From Elusimicrobiota bacterium (GTDB lineage: Bacteria; Elusimicrobiota; UBA8919), in assembly GCA_043816185.1 (NCBI GenBank), contig JBDRIG010000060.1, positions 1-30,520 of the forward strand: a DNA stretch of 30,520 bases, given 5' to 3'. How positions within the stretch are numbered: the stretch's first letter is position 1; every line of letters begins with the position of its first letter. The position numbers and the translations under genes are program-made. This document shows, one piece after another, positions 24,941-30,520 of the stretch. The notes under the pieces are model-generated. The model did no database searches and was not told the DNA's origin. It saw only the letters and a list, made by a program, of their open reading frames with translations.

Positions 24941-27334
24941 TTATCTTACTTTAGCATTAAACTTTTTTTCGAGTTGCAAGACCACTTTTTTCATAACAAT
25001 ATCAACTTCTTCATCTTTAAGTGTTCTATCTTGACGAACAAAAGTTATGCCAAAAGCAAGTGATTTGTTCCCCTTTTTTATTTGTTTACCTTCATAAAAA
25101 TCAAACAGTTTTACATTAGAAAGTATGTTCCCACATTCTTTTTTTATAGTTTCAATTATTTCATCAACAGTAAAATTTTGTAAAATTTCAATCGCAATAT
25201 CCCTTTTTATAGATGGATATCTCGAAACTGGAACATATTTTTTCTCAAAATTGACAAAATCTATAATATCGTCTAAAACAATTTCAAATACATATAAATC
25301 GGTTTTTAAACCTATCTCATTTTTTATATTCGGATTAAGAAGTCCAAATTCACCGATTGTTTTATCTAATACTTTTATTCTTGCCGACTGATTTTTGTGA
25401 AAAATCTCAAGATTACTTTCTTCAAGTTTATAATTAAGTATTCCAATTTCAGTAAATATAAGTTCAATAAAACCTTTTAAGAAGTAAAAATCAACACAAG
25501 ACTCTTTGTTCTTCCACCAATTAGTTTTATAACCTGATATACATCCTGAAAAAAACGTTTTTTCTTTCTCAAGAAAAACCTTTCCAATCTCAAAAAATTT
25601 CACTTCCAATCTGCCACGATTGAAATTCGTAATCGCATTTTCTATCAATTGTGGAATAAGCGATGTTGTTAAAAATGGTTTTTCCTGCGATATTGGATTT
25701 TTAATTTCCCAGTCACTCTCTTTTAATTTAAGTTCGAGTAAGCTTTTTTCTGAAACAAAATTATAGTTTATTGCTTCAAAAAAATCAGCAGACACAGCAA
25801 TATTTTTTATTCTATCAATTATTTGCTCCATTTTGTCTGCAACTAAAATAGTTGTTTTATAGCTAATTTTATCGGTTACTTTTATGTTGTTATATCCATA
25901 AATTCGTGCAATCTCCTCTATCAAATCTATTTCATCTTTTACATCATTGCGATAAGATGGAACAAACACTGGCACTGGCACTGGCACTGGCATGGAAATT
26001 GGAAACTGGAAACGATCAAGTAGACTTGCTGTAGTAGGCAAAGGAATAGAAAAAGCGAGACGGGTTAATATATTTTGTATTTCATCATCTGAAATCTCTG
26101 TGCCTAAAATTTTACTAACCCTATTTACATCAAGTTCTATTTTTACTGGTTCTACTGGAATCGGATATATATCAGTCGTTCCTTCGGTAATTTTGCCACC
26201 GCAGATTTTTTGTATCATTTCCGCCGCAATCATTCCTATATTTGAAATATTTTTAACATCAATTCCTCTTATAAATCTGTAGGAAGAATCGGTAGAAATT
26301 GCAAGTTTTTTTGACGTTTTTCTAATTGAAATTGGATCAAAACATGCAACCTCAAGAAAAATATTTTTTGTGGTATTGGTTACGGAAGTAGATTCCCCGC
26401 CAATAACACCTGCAATAGCAATAGGTGTATCTTCGTCGGCAATAACTAACATTTCGCTATCAAGTGTGTATTCTTTATTGTCAAGTGCAAAAATTTTTTC
26501 CTGCGATTTTGCATTACGGACAATAATTTTATTTTTCAGTTTGTCGATGTCAAATGCATGAAGTGGTTGTCCATATTCAAGTAAAATATAATTTGTAATA
26601 TCAACAACATTATTTACGCTGCGTAAACCACAACTTGCCAAGCGGTCAACAATCCATTTTGCCGATGGAACAACTGTTACATCTTTTATTGTGAAACCTA
26701 CATATCTTAAACATTTATCGGGATTTTGCACCTCAACAGGAAAGATATTTTTTGATTTAATATCATAATTTTTTATATTTGTTTTTAATTTTTTGTCGAG
26801 AATAGCAGATATTTCTCTGGCAATTCCAAAAACAGAAAGACAGTCACCGCGATTTATAGTAGTTTCCGTCTCAAAATACGAATCATTATTTAGATATTCG
26901 TTAAGCGTTAATCCTATTTTTGCATCATTAGGAAGTATAAAAATACCTGATGCATTATCGCCAATTTTAAGTTCTATTTCGGAACACAACATTCCTTGAG
27001 ATTCAACACCTCTAAGAACCGCTTTTTTAATTTCACCAACTTGAAGTTTTGCTCCGATTTTAGCAAGAGGAACAACGTCTCCTGATTTTATATTATTGGC
27101 ACCACAAACAACTTTATATTTATTCTGTCCGTCAGTAATTTCACAAACAGAAAGTTTATCTGCGTTGGGATGTTTTTCTATAGATAAAATTTTAGTAACA
27201 ACAACGTTATTGTCAATTAAAACATTTCTTACAGGATATGACTCAATACCTGCCATCGTGAGACGGTACACAAGTTCATCAATAGGAACATCAATATCTA
27301 TAAACTCTTTTAGCCAATTTAAAGAAATTTTCAT
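24941..27334 (-). CDS. pheT: Phenylalanine-tRNA ligase beta subunit
   Basis: MKISLNWLKEF, HPNADKL, VVCGA.N, RGVESQGMLCS, NRGDCLS, GQPLHAFD, DLIEEIARIYGY, RDIA, C-terminal FDX-ACB domain. Confidence 0.96.
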   Translation of the reverse strand: MKISLNWLKEFIDIDVPIDELVYRLTMAGIESYPVRNVLIDNNVVVTKILSIEKHPNADKLSVCEITDGQNKYKVVCGANNIKSGDVVPLAKIGAKLQVGEIKKAVLRGVESQGMLCSEIELKIGDNASGIFILPNDAKIGLTLNEYLNNDSYFETETTINRGDCLSVFGIAREISAILDKKLKTNIKNYDIKSKNIFPVEVQNPDKCLRYVGFTIKDVTVVPSAKWIVDRLASCGLRSVNNVVDITNYILLEYGQPLHAFDIDKLKNKIIVRNAKSQEKIFALDNKEYTLDSEMLVIADEDTPIAIAGVIGGESTSVTNTTKNIFLEVACFDPISIRKTSKKLAISTDSSYRFIRGIDVKNISNIGMIAAEMIQKICGGKITEGTTDIYPIPVEPVKIELDVNRVSKILGTEISDDEIQNILTRLAFSIPLPTTASLLDRFQFPISMPVPVPVPVFVPSYRNDVKDEIDLIEEIARIYGYNNIKVTDKISYKTTILVADKMEQIIDRIKNIAVSADFFEAINYNFVSEKSLLELKLKESDWEIKNPISQEKPFLTTSLIPQLIENAITNFNRGRLEVKFFEIGKVFLEKEKTFFSGCISGYKTNWWKNKESCVDFYFLKGFIELIFTEIGILNYKLEESNLEIFHKNQSARIKVLDKTIGEFGLLNPNIKNEIGLKTDLYVFEIVLDDIIDFVNFEKKYVPVSRYPSIKRDIAIEILQNFTVDEIIETIKKECGNILSNVKLFDFYEGKQIKKGNKSLAFGITFVRQDRTLKDEEVDIVMKKVVLQLEKKFNAKVR
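25967..26013. repeat. In-frame tandem repeats inside pheT: (CACTGG)x4 and (TGGAAAY)x3
   Basis: Read directly; encodes FQFPISMPVPVPV on the coding strand. Confidence 0.9.
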
Positions 27335-27344
27335 TTTTTTATTT

Positions 27345-27445
27345 TGAGATCGTTGAAAAAGTGTCCAAAGCTGTAGTTACGAGCGGCAGCGAAGCAAACT
27401 CGCTTGTCGCAATGACACACATTTTGCTATTGCGACACAGTATCA
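27345..27445. repeat. Degenerate hybrid MITE/REP remnant between accD and pheT
   Basis: Left end AGATCGTTGAAAAAGTGTCCAAAGCTGT matches the reverse complement of about 14167-14194; right end ATTGCGACACAGTAT matches the 117-bp MITE TIR; internal GCGAAGCAA..TCGCAATGAC. Confidence 0.65.
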
Positions 27446-27495
27446 ATTACTAAGCTATTACTTTGTTTATTATTTTTGAAACAAAGTTGCTTATT

Positions 27496-28311
27496 TTACG
27501 TTAATAAACCGATAACTTTTGATATTGTATTTTTCAATTCAGGTCTTTCAGAAATTATATCAATTTGACCGTGCGATAAAAGAAATTCTGATAACTGAAA
27601 GCCATCTGGAAGTTTTTGCTTGATTGTTTGTTCAATAACGCGAGGACCTGCAAAACCAATAAGTGCTTTTGGCTCAGCAATAATTACATCCCCCAACATC
27701 GCAAAAGAAGCTGCAACGCCACCTGTTACTGGATGGGTTAAAACAGAAATAAATGGAAGTTTCGCTTTAGAAAGTTTTGCAAGTGCCGCAGATGTTTTTG
27801 CCATCTGCATCAGCGAAAATATTCCCTCTTGCATTCTTGCACCACCGGAAGACGAAACGATTACAAGTGGTAGTTTTTTTTCAAGTGCCGTTTCCGCTGC
27901 ACGGGCTATTTTTTCGCCAACTACACTACCCATACTACCGCCCATAAAATCAAAATCCATAACAGAAACTACAACATCTTTACCATTTATTTTGCCAAAA
28001 CCTATGACAACTGCATCATTAAGTTTTGTCTTTTTTTTTGTATATTTTATTTTTAAAGAATATTTCTGAATATCTATAAAAGATAACGGATCGCTTGACT
28101 GCAAATCGGACGACATTTCCCTAAAACTGCCTTCATCTAAAATTTGTTTTATACGTTCCTTTGATGTAAGTCGAAAATAATAGCCACATTTTTGGCAGAT
28201 AAAAAATTTTTTTTCAAGTCCTTTACTATAAATTATATTATGACAGCCATTGCATTTTTTCCATAGACCTTTTGGAACCGACACTTTGCCATTTGGTTCT
28301 TCTACTGGCAT
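27496..28311 (-). CDS. accD: Acetyl-CoA carboxylase carboxyltransferase beta subunit
   Basis: GLWKKC..C..C..C zinc finger, FMGGSMGSVVGEK, SGGARMQEG, TGGV.ASFA, GFAGPRVIEQT. Start set at ATG 28311 after GGAGGT. Confidence 0.95.
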   Translation of the reverse strand: MPVEEPNGKVSVPKGLWKKCNGCHNIIYSKGLEKKFFICQKCGYYFRLTSKERIKQILDEGSFREMSSDLQSSDPLSFIDIQKYSLKIKYTKKKTKLNDAVVIGFGKINGKDVVVSVMDFDFMGGSMGSVVGEKIARAAETALEKKLPLVIVSSSGGARMQEGIFSLMQMAKTSAALAKLSKAKLPFISVLTHPVTGGVAASFAMLGDVIIAEPKALIGFAGPRVIEQTIKQKLPDGFQLSEFLLSHGQIDIISERPELKNTISKVIGLLT

Positions 28312-28326
28312 AAAATGTACCTCCAT

Positions 28327-29103
28327 TTAAGAATTATTGACAGCGATGTCTAACTGCTTTATAAAATCTACAACTGATTTTTTTCGTCGGATTAGTTCTA
28401 TTACAGCACTTCCAACAATAAAACCATCGCAATAATCCTTTAATTTTTTTATATGTTCGGGCTTGGATATTCCAAAACCAACCAATAACGGTTTTTTTGT
28501 TTCTTTACGCAACATTGTTAGGCATGGAATTAAATCATTAGATACTTCTTTTCTTGCACCTGTTGTACCTGTAATTGCCGTTACATACACAAATCCAGTT
28601 GATGATTCGGCAATTTTTTTTGCACGAGTTTTCGGTGTAGTAAGTGCAATTATCGGAATAAAAGCAATACCGTAAATTGTTGCTAATTTTCTTATTTCTA
28701 TATTTTCTTCATTTGGTAAATCTGGGATTATCACTCCATCGATACCTACTTTTTTTGCTTCACAAAAAAACCTTTCCAATCCAAAATTATGTATCGGATT
28801 TAGATAGCCCATTAGAACAATTGGAATATTTGTTTTTTTTCTTATATTTTTTACAATTAAAAATATTTTTTTAAGATTTATATTTTTTTTAAGTGCTTCT
28901 TGAGACGAATATTGAATAGTTATACCATCAGCAATCGGATCGGAAAATGGCACCCCCATCTCAATAATGTCAACATATTTCGCAATCTCAACAATTAATT
29001 TCTCCGTTGTTTTTATGTTCGGATAGCCACTAGTTAAAAAAACAGTTAATGCTTTTTTATTTTTTCTTTTTAATTCAGTAAATAAATTTTCAATTTTGTT
29101 CAC
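28327..29103 (-). CDS. trpA: Tryptophan synthase alpha chain
   Basis: [49 protein letters not shown] overlap with trpB. Confidence 0.95.
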   Translation of the reverse strand: MNKIENLFTELKRKNKKALTVFLTSGYPNIKTTEKLIVEIAKYVDIIEMGVPFSDPIADGITIQYSSQEALKKNINLKKIFLIVKNIRKKTNIPIVLMGYLNPIHNFGLERFFCEAKKVGIDGVIIPDLPNEENIEIRKLATIYGIAFIPIIALTTPKTRAKKIAESSTGFVYVTAITGTTGARKEVSNDLIPCLTMLRKETKKPLLVGFGISKPEHIKKLKDYCDGFIVGSAVIELIRRKKSVVDFIKQLDIAVNNS

Positions 29104-30284
29104 TTTAGTTTTTCCATTGCTACATTTATATCTTTATCGCCCCTTCCAGAAACACAAACAATAACAATTTTATTCTTCGGAATTTTAGAAAGATAAGCGA
29201 TTGCATGTGCTGATTCCAACGCTGGAATAATTCCTTCGGTTTCTGATAATAATTTAAATCCATCAAGTGCCTCATTATCTGTAACTGAAACATATTCTGC
29301 TCTGTTTGTCTTTTTGTAAAACGAGTGTTCTGGACCAACACCAGGATAATCAAGGCCTGCTGAAATAGAATGGGTTGGTAAGATTTGACCATTTTCATCC
29401 TGTAAAATAAAAGTTTTTGTTCCGTGGAGAATTCCAGTTTTTCCGCACTCTATTGATGCCGAGTGTTTTCCCGACGGTAAACCTAAACCACCCGCTTCAA
29501 CACCTATAAATTTTACATTTTTGTCATTATAAAACGGATGAAAAAGTCCGATTGAATTACTTCCTCCTCCGACACAAGCAACGAGATAATCGGGAAGTTT
29601 TTTTTCAATTTCAAGTATTTGCCTTCTACTTTCTATACCAATTACCGACTGAAAATCACGAACAATCATCGGATAGGGATGAGGCCCAACACAAGAGCCA
29701 AGAAGATAGTATGTTGTTTTTACATTTGTCGCCCAATCACGCATTGCCTCATTTATAGCGTCCTTAAGGGTGCGACTACCTGAGTAAACAGGTATCACAT
29801 TCGCACCAAGAAGTTTCATTCTGAAAACATTCAGAGATTGTCTTTCTATATCCTCGCTGCCCATATAAATATCGCATTTTATACCAAAAAGAGTACAAAC
29901 AGTTGCTACGGCAACACCATGTTGACCAGCACCGGTTTCGGCAATAATTCTACTTTTTCCCATTTTCTTGGCAAGAAGAACCTGTCCGAGTGCGTTGTTA
30001 ATTTTATGGGCACCTGTATGACACAGATCTTCTCTTTTGAGATAAATTTTTGAACCAAATTTATTTGTTAGATTTTTTGCGAAATAAAACGAGGTTGGTC
30101 TACCTGCATAATTTTTTAGATAAAAGGAAAGTTCCTTTCTAAAATTTCTATTGGTTTTTATTTTTTCATAAAAATTTTCAAGTTCAAAAATAGCCGACAT
30201 TAGCGTTTCTGGAACGAACCTTCCACCAAACTGACCATAATAACCCTGTTTGTTTGGCAGGCAAGTATCTTTATTAGATATCAT
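29100..30284 (-). CDS. trpB: Tryptophan synthase beta chain
   Basis: [26 protein letters not shown] (PLP Lys), [35 protein letters not shown]. Start set at ATG 30284; the longer TTG start runs through the promoter. Confidence 0.96.
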   Translation of the reverse strand: MISNKDTCLPNKQGYYGQFGGRFVPETLMSAIFELENFYEKIKTNRNFRKELSFYLKNYAGRPTSFYFAKNLTNKFGSKIYLKREDLCHTGAHKINNALGQVLLAKKMGKSRIIAETGAGQHGVAVATVCTLFGIKCDIYMGSEDIERQSLNVFRMKLLGANVIPVYSGSRTLKDAINEAMRDWATNVKTTYYLLGSCVGPHPYPMIVRDFQSVIGIESRRQILEIEKKLPDYLVACVGGGSNSIGLFHPFYNDKNVKFIGVEAGGLGLPSGKHSASIECGKTGILHGTKTFILQDENGQILPTHSISAGLDYPGVGPEHSFYKKTNRAEYVSVTDNEALDGFKLLSETEGIIPALESAHAIAYLSKIPKNKIVIVCVSGRGDKDINVAMEKLK

Positions 30285-30293
30285 AGGGTGCTC

Positions 30294-30321
30294 ATTATAT
30301 AAAAAATTAAAAAAATTGCAA
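30294..30321 (-). promoter_or_regulatory. Putative sigma70 promoter of trpBA-accD
   Basis: TTGCAA (30321-30316), 16 nt, TATAAT (30299-30294); 9 nt before ATG 30284. Confidence 0.55.
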
Positions 30322-30354
30322 TAAAAAATCAACAATTGGTAATGGAATTTTTGC

Positions 30355-30382
30355 TTGAAAATTGCACAATTTTTTGTATAAT
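30355..30382 (+). promoter_or_regulatory. Putative divergent sigma70 promoter for a gene beyond the window
   Basis: TTGAAA (30355-30360), 16 nt, TATAAT (30377-30382). Confidence 0.45.
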
Positions 30383-30520
30383 GATACCGTTGAAAAAGTC
30401 AGTTGTAATTTCAGTTGGTATGCCTAAACAATATTTTCAAGCAACCACAAGGACAATAATTGTTAGTAACATTTACGGTTTTTCAAATATTTTTAAATTT
30501 TCGTTCTTTGAATCATTTTG

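Noticed and set aside
30382..30495. Complete MITE starting TGATACCGTTGAAAAAGTC
   Set aside because: The left end resembles the 14194/27347 end type, but the candidate right end (GGTTTTTCAAAT) is too degenerate to call within the window.

Overview
AT-rich bacterial housekeeping region from an LPS-producing organism. The gene mix (Kdo/Lpt genes with RNase Y, HprK, long HPF, a Bat operon and a bifurcating-type Etf) suggests an Elusimicrobiota-like diderm anaerobe; this is inference only. Every real gene is on the minus strand. In transcription order: trpB-trpA-accD | pheT | zapB-like-zapA-6S RNA | frameshifted 5-formyl-THF cyclo-ligase-rny-short hrcA-like-Bat/vWA/TPR cluster | kdsA | zinc-ribbon membrane protein-kdsC-lptC-lptA-lptB | hpf-ptsN-hprK-rapZ-DUF4912-GH57 branching enzyme-etfB-(Fd)etfA-gmk-coaC. 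No transposase, CRISPR array, tRNA or rRNA was found. The unusual content is mostly non-coding. (1) CGTC-type palindromic (REP-like) repeats are nested inside several MITE-like shells. A 117-bp TIR element sits at the same base of the REP in two places but in opposite orientations, and it carries a candidate extended -10 promoter. (2) Degenerate short-period (7-13 nt) tandem repeats, often with mirrored arms, fill many operon spacers and also occur in coding sequence: they encode the signal peptides of LptA and BatD, insert into PheT and EtfA, and frameshift the cyclo-ligase. (3) Several normally adjacent genes (pheS, rpoN, kdsD, moxR/DUF58, coaB) are missing, often at repeat-bearing junctions.
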